DNA of 64,000 nt from Laetmonice hystrix (taxonomy: Eukaryota). The notes below the pieces were generated by a model that worked only from the letters and a program-made list of their open reading frames with translations, was not told the origin of the DNA and made no database searches. This document shows positions 36,181 through 49,265 of this stretch, piece by piece. The stretch spans positions 20,772,001 to 20,836,000 of the forward strand of contig OZ249436.1 in assembly GCA_965235115.1 (NCBI GenBank). The letters run 5' to 3'. Every line of letters starts with the position of its first letter. Position 1 is the first letter of the stretch. The position numbers and the translations under genes are program-made.

Positions 36181-39100
36181 GTAGCAGGCTTTAATTTTAA
36201 GGTAGTGTAAAATATTTACAACGAATCCAGGATCCGTTACCTTCATGATGTTCGTAATTTTAGTACCATATAAAAAAGGTATTTGCCACAGTGCACCTAT
36301 CTTTATAAGTAACAGACAGCAGCGTGATTGCGTGAATATATTATGTATGCTAGTCAGTTACTATAACACACACCAAAGACATGGAACATAAGGGTGAATT
36401 TGCAATCAAAATTTTCGGGAAACCTTTACTTTCCAATCATATTATGTGAAGATCAAGCATCAGGAAAAACCTTTTATTAAATACATAGGTCTGAAATAGA
36501 CGATTTGGATAATAAAAGAATTGGTTAATTGGGGATGTAAAGACAAAAAGTTGTTTTTAAGCGCAAATATATAATTAAACCCCAATAAACAGACCCTTTT
36601 ACACTTCTACAAGTCTAATTTGACTTTGTATCCATATAGATGGACCCCCATGGTGAATTCCCATTAAAGATCAGATATGCACGTCAGGCTAATTGGATGC
36701 AAAGGCGCTTGCTGCTAAGGATATTGCCGTGGTTGCTCAGGCATTATGGTCATCAGAACAGTCGATTTTACCAGAGAGTGCCTCGATCATGTATACTCAG
36801 TACTATAGATTAGAGCCCAATAAGAAGCTGCCATGAACGATGCACGGATAATTAGATCTAACCTCATAGCAGAATTAGTGAAAATACCGGTAGTTGTCTT
36901 GACTAAATACACATGTATCAGAGCTGAGAATTAGCTAACCTTTCACATCGTACAGAACAACAAATGACCAATTCAGATATATAAAATTTTGCCGTTTATT
37001 ATAATTGGAACTTTTAATACAAAGAAAATTTGCTTCGTGAACAGATCATCCGAAGGCAAAAAAATATCTGTTGATGTCAAACACCAATTCTTATGTTGTC
37101 CTATTAACAGATATCGAAGAATAAACATCTGGATTGCCCAAATAGGTTCTGTGCCAAAAAATAACTATTATGCGGTATGTGATGAACATGAATGGACACA
37201 CCACGTGTACCAAGTGTAATTATTTATGTGGAACGACACGTTCAGAGGTGGAACCTCGAGAATTTTTGGGTTTATAATCTTGTATACCACTGGTGGCTGC
37301 AGTATTTATCTTTGATAGCCTCCCATATTCTCTCATTATCTTTTGATATGGTAGGGTCAGTGAGTGTAGAAGTTGAAAGGTACCTTCTGTAGTGGCGCAT
37401 TAAGAAAATCCTGAAGAGGATGACTGGCTATTTAGAAACTCATGTAGAGGATTAGCATATATCGCATCTGTCATCGTGAACGTCTCCCTGAAATACGCCA
37501 AGTGCTGATCTACTCATGTGTCACGCTGTGGAGAGGATTTTGCGTCATATCGGTAACAAACAGTGATTGAAAAATCGAATCGGTAACTTGCAGGTTTTAC
37601 TGTAACGTAACATGAAGCACCAAAGAGAGACTTTGTCATTTGTAAATGTTTCCTATTTTTAGTACATGTACAATTGTTGCCAAGATAAAACTACCAGTAG
37701 TAAATTTGTGTGTAGTACCACTGAAATCTGACTACCAGCGAAAAGAATATGAGTAAAATCAAGATGGTTTGAATCGCAGTTGCAGATTGCTTGTTCATGA
37801 TTAGCGTCACAACTGGACACCGTTGCATTATATGTTCGGGGCCCGGTATATATTTCAGGTTTACGCTTACCGTACCGGCTTTCCTCATGTCTTGTTGGTC
37901 GGCAACTGTGTATTCATTTTATGTAGAATGAGGTTCTTGTTTGTTATTCAGAATGTAAATATGGCAAGTTTTGTGATACGCCGAGTGCACCGTTATTCAT
38001 TGTACTGACTAGTTATAGTTAGATATGCATAGAGTAAGTAATTTTTGTGAAGCTGCTTCTAAACGTGGTTTTAAAAACTAATTATGATATCAAATGCACC
38101 AAGTAGGCCCTAAATGCGTTTAGGTGTAGGCCCATGTATAGATATGATAGAAGCCTCAAGGGTTGGGGAAGGGAAAGGTCATGACTTATGTAATCTTTTC
38201 GTTACCTGTGTAATAACAAATAAACATTTTCATGCAATAAAGTCGTGAAAGGTCACAAGCTTAATGTGTTTAATACACTTGGAGGTTAAATCCCGAGGGA
38301 GGATTGAGGGTCAGCACACTCCTTGACTTAAATAGGGCTAAGCTTATAGTATATTTCTTTCCTTTTCTCTCATAGATGACCTAAATTGATCCTGTTGGAA
38401 ACTCTCCCTCTTCAGAAATCCTGAATCCCGCCGTACGTAACATCCAAATACATGTACTACACTCTCTGGTTCCGGGCCCATATTGCCATTATTATTACGC
38501 CAAGTAGGCCTAGGCCTAATTTATGTTTTTCTTGATGATCTGTATTTTTCTACGAATTTAACCCAGAATTTCTTAACTTTGCCATAATTGATATTACTTA
38601 TGAAAACGACAAGTACGCCTAATTTTTGTTTTCTTTGTCGTAGATCTAATGTTATTTGTCAATGTCAGTTGTCTATAAACAAAAATTACCAAATCTAGGG
38701 GGTCCCCCAATTATGTTTGTGCCGTAACTACGGTACGGGCTAGTATGATCAGAGCTGAGTTGGAGAATCATATTAAGTAGGTATAAGGAGGGCTAAGTCA
38801 TAGAACGAGACTGGGCTAAGTAGGCCTAAAGAGTAGCCTAATGGTCGGACCATTTGATACGGGAGGGGGGGGGGCTAGGCCTATGTTGTTTTTAAAAAAT
38901 AATCTGTTCACCAAACACAGGGAAAAAATGCAGGTAGTTTGGTCATCAAACTAGTCTACATAAAAAATAGTTTGTTCGGATCCAGACCTAAAAATTCAGG
39001 GGTGGGGGGCAAAGTGGGGGCAAACAGAAAACCGGGGGGGGGGGCAGGCACGTACCCAGGGGGGGGGGGTTCCAGGGGTTCCGGAACCCCCCCCCCCGGC

Positions 39101-39689
39101 CCCCTCCGGTCCCCAGGTCGACTGGTGCAAAAACACAGGTAGCCCCCGGGCAGCCCTCTTGTCCTGATGGAACCCCCCTCTAAGCACAATCCTGGGTACG
39201 TGCCTGGGGGGGGGGGGGGGGGGCAAAGAGATATGTCATACACTTTGATCTATTATAATGGCAGATTTAAACTGGTGGGGGGGGGGGGGGCAAACAGGGG
39301 TCAAACTAAATTTCGGGGAGGGGGGCATTAAATTGCCCCCCGCCATTGCAAGTAGGCCTATAGACTAGGCTAATACTAGTAGTAGTAGGCCCAATAGCCT
39401 AGGCTAGCCGCCTACGTACGGGCCCACTAATTAAGGCTTTAGGCCTACTTTAGATATGAGAAAGAACTGAACTTTGGTTGGCCTAGGCTAAGCAAAGATA
39501 GGCTATCACAGTTTTTTTCTTTCTTTGTGACTATGAATAGGCCTAGGCCTACACTGAGGCAAAGCATAGATGTGTAGGAGATCTCTATGAGCAAAGAACC
39601 TCTGTCTGAGACCCAGAAATTTATCTGCTCAGGAGGGCGTTTGTCACACGTGACAATTTTTTCATGTCACATGATCTACAGTAGTCAAG

Positions 39690-42600
39690 ATGGCGGCGCT
39701 TAGTTTACAACTCGTTGTGGCTGTGCTCGCCTTTTCAACTGTCTATTATGTTGCCAGTGCCTACCCAATTCTTGGTCACACCCAAGGACAGCCATGGCCA
39801 ATGCCGCGAATTTACAAGCCAACGACCGTTCAACAGTCACTCAATAAGGAGAAGTTCAGGTTCGCTGTGAGAGGCTACGACTGTGACATTCTAGAGCAGG
39901 CCATTCGCCGCTACTACGGCCTCGTATTCTACCCGGGAGCCGGTGGCGGGGAGGCCGGCAGCCGGCAGGCCGGCGGCCGGACGGCCCTCCGCTTCGAGCC
40001 ACACGGTTCGCAGTGGGGCCGACAGCGGCGGGCAGTGAGGGAAATGAAGCAGCAACACAACGCTGTTACCGACCTCCCCGTTTTACAAAGTCTTGATGTA
40101 CTGCTCACGCAACCCTGCGACAAGTATCCGTCTCTGAAGATGGACGAAAGCTGTAAGTAGAATCAAATTTTAGATAGACTCTATGTAATAAATTAATTTA
40201 AGGAGTACCAACAGTTTTATTTTTTCGAATCTAGCCAGGCTAGCTATGCGTAGTTTGACAATTGCTTCAACTTCATACAGTTCAATTGCAGTTTTTCCTT
40301 TTGAAAAGATTTGTTTCTGTGCATCTAATTCCATTTGTTTTGGGGAATCTAAACACGCATCAACTAACCTTTTTCTCAGTATCCTATGACTACTGACACC
40401 GTTCATAATTTCTCTCAGTCTCAGTCAACCAGATTGAAGCTGTATTTGAAAAATATTTCACAGACCTATTCTTTTGATACCGGTCCACCACAAGCAAGGA
40501 TTTTTCTTCGCCTCCAGCGAAGAACAATGTATACTGTACTGTACATACTGTACTGACACTCCTAATAGGCCTACCCTGCTGTTTTTTCATTTAGATGATC
40601 TCAGTGTGCAGACAGGAGCAGCCAAGTTGATGACAAACAGCATCTGGGGTGCTTTACGAGGACTTGAAACTTTCAGTCAGATTGCTTTTGAAGCAGACAA
40701 CAGTATGGTAAGAGCTGTTAGCAGTAGATGTACCATGACAAAAATTATTGTCTAGTAATCATCAAAATATCATTCCAGTTAGAAAGAAAAAAATAGGAAT
40801 TAACAAAATGTCTGAGAATTGAAAGGTAAATCATTTATGTCAAAGCTGCAAGTTGACTTTTTGTGTTTCTAGATCTTGATTAATAATACAGAGATATCCG
40901 ATTCACCTCGCTTTCCCCACCGTGGTGCTATGCTGGACACATCAAGACATTTCGTCCCTAAATCAGTCCTCCTTCAGAACCTGGTAAGAATCCCTCCTTT
41001 TTGAAGGCAATATTTATGTTCAAATGCATGATGGTAATGATGAGTTTTAATCATGATCAAATTTAATTATTTGGGTAAACTTAGAAAAAGGTTGTTAATA
41101 TTTATGTTCAAATGCATGATGGTAATGATGAGTTTTAATCATGATCAAATTTAATTATTTGAGTAAACTTAAAAAAAGGTTAGTCCTTTTAAGTAAATTT
41201 TGTTGTACAAGATGTGATAAAGCAAAATATGTACATGGACATGTACTGTAATAAGCTTTTTAGACAGTTTTTTCCCCAGGCTTTCATGAAATATTTCATG
41301 GTTCACAATCCAGTGTAAAATTTTTCCAAAGCAGTAAGGTAGAGTGGTATTGTGTCAGGGTTCATATCTAAATCTGCTTTTACCAGTAATAATTTTAAGG
41401 GTGACACTACTGAAATTTTTTGAGCTACAATGTTTCAATACCTTTCAGGATGCTATGACCTACAACAAACTGAATGTGTTTCACTGGCATATTGTTGATG
41501 ATGAATCCTTCCCATACCAAAGTCGCACCTTCCCAGAACTCAGTAACAAGGTGAGAATTTATCGAAGGATTTTATACTATTATTTACTGCAGGCTATGGA
41601 GGAACATCATTACGGTAATTTAGAATGAGTTTTATTCTCACAACAAATCATAAAACGTTTATACTCAAATAATAATTCATTTGATTTCAGGGTGCATGGG
41701 AACCATACACTCACATCTACACACAAGAAGACATAGTGGAAGTGTTGGAATATGCACGTATGAGAGGAATTCGAGTCATTCCAGAGTTTGATACCCCAGG
41801 TAAAAAACAACTGCAGATAACCAGTATTGTGTATTCTACAAATTGAAGTCCTTTAAATGAATGTCACTTTACAGATTTGAACATTTTATAATGAAGAAGG
41901 AGACTACTAACATACACTTGATATTTTGGCATTGTAGGGCATGTTTACTTTAGAGACAGACCCTGAACAAACAAGCAGATATGTACTTTGCAAACTTACT
42001 GGTACAAGAGAAATAATAGGTGAAAAAAAGTTTTATTCCACCTGTAAAATTCGGATCAAAGAGCAAAAGCATTGTATTGTATTGACTGTAAGGCATTCTG
42101 AATGATTTAGGCCACTTCATCAACTGTTGGCAATATGATATTAACTTGTCATTGCCAGGTAATGTTAGGCGTCAGTCAGGTACACGTTTACTGTTAATGC
42201 TGACCTGTGGGTAGTGTAGCAAACAGTACGGAACAGTATGTAATGGCTTGGGTAGACTTTTTGTCTCATACTAACTAGCATTCTGATTTTTTTTTGTGAA
42301 GTCAGTAGATTAATAATTGGTAAAAGGGTAGTAGAATCTGAATGATGATATCATTGTAAAGGGAGTCGAAGGCTGGTAGGCCTGCTTGTAGTTGGAAGTA
42401 GTAATGTTGGCAAGTGTAGGGCCAAAAAGTGTAGAACATATTGCCAAAGACAAGAATGTTGAAAACGTTGTTATTTGTGGAATGAAAATAGGTCACAGTC
42501 AGTCGTGGGGAAAAGGCCAGCCTGACCTTTTGACGGAGTGTTGTACAAAGGGTGTGTTTAACGGAAACTATGGCCCTATAGACCCAAGCAAGGAGTCCAC

Positions 42601-45600
42601 GTACACCTTCCTACAGGGACTTTTTACAGAGCTGCGTTCAGTCTTCAAGGATCATTACCTCCACCTGGGTGGTGATGAGGTTAGCTTCAGCTGTTGGTAA
42701 GATGGAGTCGTCTGGGATTCATACACTTTCATGCTGTCACTCCTGTCCTCGCCTTTTACTCAACTCCAGTTGTCAGTCAAAACAGCTTTTAATACTAGTG
42801 AAAGCCCAATCGTGCTTGCCTGAGACATTTTTTTGTTAGAATGAAGTGGCATAGCCTAATCTAATGGCAGTTGAAATCATTGCTGTGTATATATAGCAAA
42901 TGCATGGATAAAAAATGGCATATAAAACTCGTCCCTACATATGAAATTAGCTGTCAAGTTTTTACCAGAGTTGTCGAAAGGTAGTCCACGTTTTATGAGG
43001 TAGAAAAATGTATGTTGTACTTTGTTTTCAGGCAGAGTAATCCAAACATCACAGATTTTATGAAGGCCCAGAATTTTACAACATATGGCGCCCTGGAGAG
43101 TTATTATGAAAATAGGTAAAACTTTCAGGAGTTTTCCATAGTAGTAGGCCTACTTGCTCCCTCCCCCTGAAAAACGGTATTTTTACTTGCCTCTGTTAGA
43201 GGTAATTAAATTTTCCATTTGAAAACCATGGTAAAGTTTTCCAAAAGTTATGAATGGCATACCATCATGTTTCCCCGTTGTTCTTCTAGAGTGCTAGACA
43301 TCCTGAACAAACTAGGTAGTGGGTACATGGTTTGGCAAGAGGTCGTGGACAATGGCTGCAAGGTCAGTAATAATAGTGAAATATTATGATGTATTTGATT
43401 CCTTTTTAATATGATTTTTTGAAATCTATTCCAAGATATTGCAAAATCATGTTGTGGTGTTATGGCCCTGTCTTAGAGGCCTTGATAATCTATGTGAAGG
43501 TCGCGGTCCGAGACAGACAGCATCACCCACACCATTCCCCCCGTGTAAAGGTAGCAGTCTGAGACAGACAGCAGCACCCACACCGTTCCCCCAATGTGAA
43601 GGTAGCAGTCTGAGATAGACAGCATCACCCACACCGTTCCCCCTGTGTGAAGGTAGCAGTCCGAGACAGACAGCAGCACCCACACCGTTCCCCCTGTGTG
43701 AAGGTCGCAGTCCGAGACAGACAGCAGCACCCACACCGTTCCCCCAATGTGAAGGTAGCAGTCTGAGATAGACAGCATCACCCACACCGTTCCCCCTGTG
43801 TGAAGGTAGCAGTCTGAGACAGACGGCAGCACCCACACCGTTCCCCCTCTGTGAAGGTAGCAGTCTGAGATAGACGGCAGCACCCACACCGTTCCCCCTG
43901 TGTGAAGGTAGGAGTCCGAGACAGATGGCAGCACCCACACCGTTCCCCCTATGTGAAGGTAGGAGTCCGAGACAGACAGCATCACCCACACCGTTCCCTC
44001 TGTGTGAAGGTAGCAGTCTGAGACAGACAGCATCACCCACACCGTTCCCCCCATGTGAAGGTAGCAGTCTGAGACAGACAGCATCACCCACACCGTTCCC
44101 CCCATGTGAAGGTAGCAGTACGAGACAGACAGCATCACCCACACCGTTCCCCCTGTGTGAAGGTAGCAGTCTGAGACAGACAGCATCACCCACACCGTTC
44201 CCCCTGTATGAAGGTAGGAGTCCGAGACAGACAGCATCACCCACACTGTTCCCCCTGTGTGAAGGTAGCAGTACGAGACAGACAGCATCACCCACACCGT
44301 TCCCCCTATGTGAAGGTCGCAGTCCGAGACAGACAGCATCACCCACACCGTTCCCCCTATGTGAAGGTAGGAGTCCGAGACAGACAGCATCACCCACACT
44401 GTTCCCCCTACGTGAAGGTAGGAGTCCGAGACAGACAGCATCACCCACACCGTTCCCCCTGTGTGGAGGTAGGAGTCCGAGACAGACAGCATCACCCACA
44501 CCGTTCCCCCTATGTGAAGGTAGGAGTCCGAGACAGACAGCATCACCCACACCGTTCCCCCTATGTGAAGGTAGCAGTCTGAGATAGACGGCAGGACCCA
44601 CACCGTTCCCCCTATGTGAAGGTAGCAGTCTGAGATAGACGGCAGGACCCACACCATTCCCCCTGTGTGAAAGTAGCGGTCTGAGACAGATAGCAGCACC
44701 CACACCGTTCCCCCTGTGTGAAGGTAGCAGTCTGAGACAGACAGCATCACCCACACCGTTCCCCCTGTGTGGAGGTTGCAGTCCGAGACAGACAGCATCA
44801 CCCACACCGTTCCCCCTGTGTGAAGGTTGCAGTCCGAGACAGACAGCATCACCCACACCGTTCCCCCTGTGTGAAGGTAGCAGTCCAAGACAGACAGCAT
44901 CACCCACACCGTTCCCCCTACGTGAAGGTAGGAGTCCGAGACAGACAGCATCACCCACACCGTTCCCCCTCTGTGAAGGTAGCAGTCTGAGATAGACGGC
45001 AGGACCCACACCGTTCCCCCTCTGTGAAGGTAGCAGTCCCAGACAGACAGCAGCACTCACACTGTTGCCCCTAAGCAGCTATTGCACGGAAAGTCGGGAG
45101 AATTTTTTCAAGATGTTTTTATTTCACAGGTACGTCCAGATACTGTTGTTCACATATGGAAGAGCGGCGCCGACGAGATGGCTAAAGTTACCAAGATGGG
45201 TTTACAGGTGATCATGTCGACGCCCTGGTACCTCAACTACATCTCCTATGGCGTTGACTGGAAGAAATATTACCAATATGAACCACTCGACTTCAATGGT
45301 AGATGTATATGCACAGCGTTAAAAAACCCACATCACCAGAACTTGCAAACTTTGTAATTTACGAATTGTAGGTAATCCAAACCTAACAATGAGAATCTGA
45401 CAACATTGTTGGTTTTGCAGGCACTGCAGCCCAGAAGGCGTTAGTGATGGGAGGAGAACTGTGTATGTGGGGAGAGTACGTGGACGGTACCAACCTCATC
45501 GCCAGGATATGGTCCGTATTTAGAGTGATAATTATTGTTATCTTGTGTTACCCTAATCACCTCAGTAGTTTTAGCTTCCATTGTTCTCTCCCAAACTAAG

Positions 45601-46227
45601 TAACTAAAATTATTCTTCTCAATGTTCTTTTTAGCCTTTAACACTGATAGTTCTGAAAATTGTCAGGCACTTTATTACATACTTGATCGTATTCAAATTA
45701 GCTTCGTATTCCAGAAATGAACGTGGTCATATTGAAACTGTGTACCTCCTGACCATATGAGATACTAACAGCCCCCTAGATGGCACACCGTGCTGGCAGT
45801 GGATGTTGAGTGTAGGTGAGGGAGTTGAGGTTGTGTTATTGGTGTGTTACTTCAGGCCGCGTGGCTCGGCCGTGGCTGAACGACTATGGAGCCCTGTTAA
45901 TGTGACAGACACATCTGAAGCCACGCCTCGTCTTGAAGAACATCGGTGTCGTCAAATCAGGTTTGTCAGTTGAAGAAACTTAAGTCTCTCTAGTGACAAA
46001 CAGTACGAGAGAAGCGAATAGTGATTTTCCAAAGTTCTAACTTTATGATGCCACCTTTTCAGCTCGCATTTATGGCATTTTTATACTGTAGAGTGTTTTT
46101 TATCATACCCCTAAATAAACATTCCCATATCTAAACATACGGTTTTTGACTTTCCAGGCGAGGTCTCAGTGCAGAGCCTGTCAGTGGACCCGGATTTTGC
46201 CGGTGGGAATACGTCCCAAGGAACTAG
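39690..46227 (+). CDS. HEXB: Lysosomal beta-hexosaminidase (GH20, HEXA/HEXB-like), 12 exons, ~564 aa
   Basis: Exons 39690-40152, 40595-40707, 40873-40983, 41449-41550, 41691-41799, 42492-42696, 43032-43115, 43290-43362, 45130-45298, 45421-45511, 45856-45960 and 46158-46227 join in frame (1695 nt). Signal peptide, [61 protein letters not shown], catalytic [23 protein letters not shown] and [13 protein letters not shown]. Probably a pro-orthologue of both HEXA and HEXB. Confidence 0.95.
41009..41181. repeat. Two-copy ~88-bp tandem duplication in a hexosaminidase intron
   Basis: aatatttatgttcaaatgcatgatggtaatgatgag...aaggtt starts at 41009 and again at 41097. Confidence 0.85.
43490..45073. repeat. 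51-bp minisatellite, ~31 copies, in hexosaminidase intron 8
   Basis: Unit consensus tgtgaaggtagcagtctgagacagacagcatcacccacaccgttccccctg, head to tail without spacers. Confidence 0.95.
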
Positions 46228-46956
46228 CCTGCCTTAGTATAACCAGTCGGATTGATTTAAATCCAGTAAGAGGCACTCGCCAAAGAAAATTTCGCGTGAG
46301 TTTGTGTGATTAAATGATGACATGAGAATGACTGAGACTGTGAATCCTGCCATTGATTAATCACGATATATTATTGCTACATAGGGTTTCCGGGCGCTGG
46401 ACACCACCCTGAGAGTTTCTGGGTAATAAACTGGGATGGAAAGACTTGTAATTGACACAATTTGAAGCCTATAGAGGCAGAGTATAGATATCGTACAGAT
46501 GTCAGCGTACTGTTCTGAAAAATAATTTATAATAATAAAAAGTGATGTTTCAATCCTCTAGGGTAAATGATTGCTTTCTCGTGGGACTTGTTTCTCCTGA
46601 TAGAATACATGATTGCAATTAGTCGGCTGAACGTGTCTAGGTGAGTGATAAGCGTGGAACCAAAACCTGGAAGTGCAGTCATTCAGCGATCACAGAGCGG
46701 TCGGAAATGCTTCAGGTGCGCGCCGACACGGTGTGGTAAATGTGGAAAGTAGGCTTTGAAGGAGATGGCCAAACGATTAATCATTCTAGAAAGGACAAAA
46801 TTAGTAATGATGAAAACAAAGTCAAAGACGCTCAAAGCACCACAGAAAAGACCTTTTTTAAAGTAGATGCCGTTGTTGCTAATAGTAATAGGACTTCATG
46901 TATATTTCTAAAGATTTTCGTTAAGAAAGAGCTCACTCTGCCAAGGCCAGCTCCAG

Positions 46957-47217
46957 GGCCCGTTTTTTTTTGTTTACTTTTCCACCGTGAGCAAGGGTGA
47001 GCTGAGCTGAGCAAGGGTGAGCATGAGCTCATTCTCACCTTTTTTTTTTTTTCAATTGCTTTTTTCCATGAGGCGGCCTCATGGTGAGCAACCTCGCGGA
47101 AAAACACCCCAACAAACGAAAACAGTGAGCAAAACGGTGAGCATGAGCTTCTGCTCACCCTTGCTCAGCTCAGCTCACCCTTGCTCACGGTGGAAAAGTG
47201 AACAAAAAAACCGGGCC
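46957..47217. mobile_element. Palindromic MITE with CAG target duplication
   Basis: cag|ggcccgtttttt...ccaccgtgagcaagggtgagc ... gctcacccttgctcacggtgg...aaaaaccgggcc|cag. Confidence 0.7.
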
Positions 47218-48439
47218 CAGTAATGATCATAACAACGAGAGTCAACTTTTAGACGGCAGCAGAAAGTCGAGTTATCTTTGGGGTCATATCCGAGAGACCC
47301 TGAATGTAGCGAGCCGTTTCAACTTTTAGACAGGTCGCTTCTCTGGCATGAGAGACCCACCTCACCAACTAAAGCTAGCTTAAAAACCAGCTCACTCGCT
47401 AGGTGGCTCTGTGGTCGACGCGAGTACAGCGCGAGTATTCGCGTCGACTACAGAGCCACCTAGTGAGTGAGCCGGGAACCAGCTCAAGAGATGCCCAGGG
47501 CCCGGTTTTTAGTTTGGAAACTGCGGAAGATTCAAATCTTTAGATTGAATTCTTGTTTCAGAGCTTCTGATTGGTCCTTCAAATGAAGTCAGCCAATGAC
47601 AGACAATAACACAAGTCAGTCTTAAAATTCCAGTCTTAAGATTGGTAAAATGACGAACCAGGGCCTGCTGTTATTGAGTCCTGAAAGACTCAAAGAGTGA
47701 GATTACAAAGCTTTACAAGTAGGCCTACTGTCGGCGTGTCGACAGGCGGCCTTTGGACACCGCCCTGTAGGGGGGGGGGGGTACGCTCCGAACTTAATTC
47801 ACTAAATAGTGCATGCTGGTGATATTTCTTGATCAAAATAGAAGCCCGGATTTGCATCGATACAGTGTTTGCCACCAGAGGGCAGTAATAGGACGTCGTC
47901 TCGGCCAGGAGGTCGTGGTGGCAAGGAACTCGAGAACAGAACTTTGCTGATAGATGGCATGACGAGTGTCGACTGTCGGACCTCAGACAGCAGGGTGTGA
48001 CGCGATACTCCAGCTATACTTTGTAGCTCTTTGTGATTCTCTAACATTTCATTTCGTCGTTCATTTTGAAAAATAACCTACGGATCGCAAAAAATAAAGT
48101 AGGCTCTAGCCTACGAAAAATCTATCACGTTTCTCAATTTTCTCAATTTTTTGAATGTTTTTTTAAGAGGCATTCATCACATTTCCACACAGAGAAACTC
48201 TTGAAAAAAAAGAAAACAGTAAGAAAACATTTGGAAAGAAACCATGTGTACATTTCCGTTATCCGTTTCCTTTGAAATCGAGGAAACTTCCAGTGAACTC
48301 CTTTTCATGTGCCCGTTTCCGTTCCGCCTCAAACAGTAGGCCTATAGTAATTTCCCATTAGCATGCCGTTGCCTGCATATCGTTTAGCATGGGCACATTA
48401 TGGCATTATTATGTTTTCTCTATAGTATCCAAATTTAAA

Positions 48440-49265
48440 ATAAAACATCAAGGTGCATATTTACCGATGCTGTTGTTCCCTCACAAGGATAGTGAGACTA
48501 TTTAGGGTGACGGTCCGCTTTGGCAGGCTGTTCCAGTCATGGAATATGTAGCTTAGGCCTATAGGTTAGTATTATTTTTGAAGGCAGAAGGGGTGTCGGG
48601 CTATATCATGGAAACAACGTCCTGTCCGGCGCCGTCTGTTTTGTTTCCCGGCTGAAGACACCTGATAGGGTTAAACACGCTGTCGTGGTTTACACGTTTA
48701 CACGGTTTACACGGTTTACACGTTAATGAATACATCTAGGCCCCTACTTGTGAACATTGATTGTTAACACAACAGCAACAAACTCCTATAGGCCTACTGC
48801 AAGCCTCAGCAGCTGTCCGTAAACAATTTAACATCAGATCAGTGCTCAACCAATTACCTCGTCGATACAGCTAGATCTATGAGCAGTGGGGGTTCCAGGG
48901 GGCCTAGGGGGCACGGCCCCCCTTGGATTTCCCCCCTTTTTTAGATGAAGATTTATTAGTACAGTGAAAATCAAAAGCCGAGCATAGCGAGGCGAAAAAC
49001 AAATTTAGGTGCGCCCCCCCCCCCCTTATCAAAATCCTAGTGGGCCCTCCTTATCCAAATCCTGGATCCCCCACTGATGAAGAATGGTTGTATATTATAA
49101 CTGCTATTTTGCGGAACTGGACCAGAAACATACGAAACGAACATCTATCAAAGGTTTGATATGAGTGGGCGCGAGGATCTTCATCTTCTTCCTGTATGGG
49201 TGATATATTGGCCATCTCCAGTTGGTCATAACATGAAGTGATGGACTTCAAATGGCCGGGCAAAT
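48440..49265 (-). pseudogene. Degenerate CR1/L2-type LINE reverse transcriptase fragments
   Basis: Minus-strand MANISPIQEE..D....SYQ (resembling the ANVTPIFKK..D..NYRP motif) near 49200 and WNSLP near 48530; interrupted by other repeats. Confidence 0.35.

Noticed and set aside
36480..37400. Possible decayed coding sequence
   Set aside because: Only short broken frames with no motif I can assign.
43447..45060. 537-aa and 527-aa minus-strand ORFs; possible CRISPR-like array
   Set aside because: Translations of a 51-bp tandem repeat inside an intron; no unique spacers, no cas genes, eukaryotic context.
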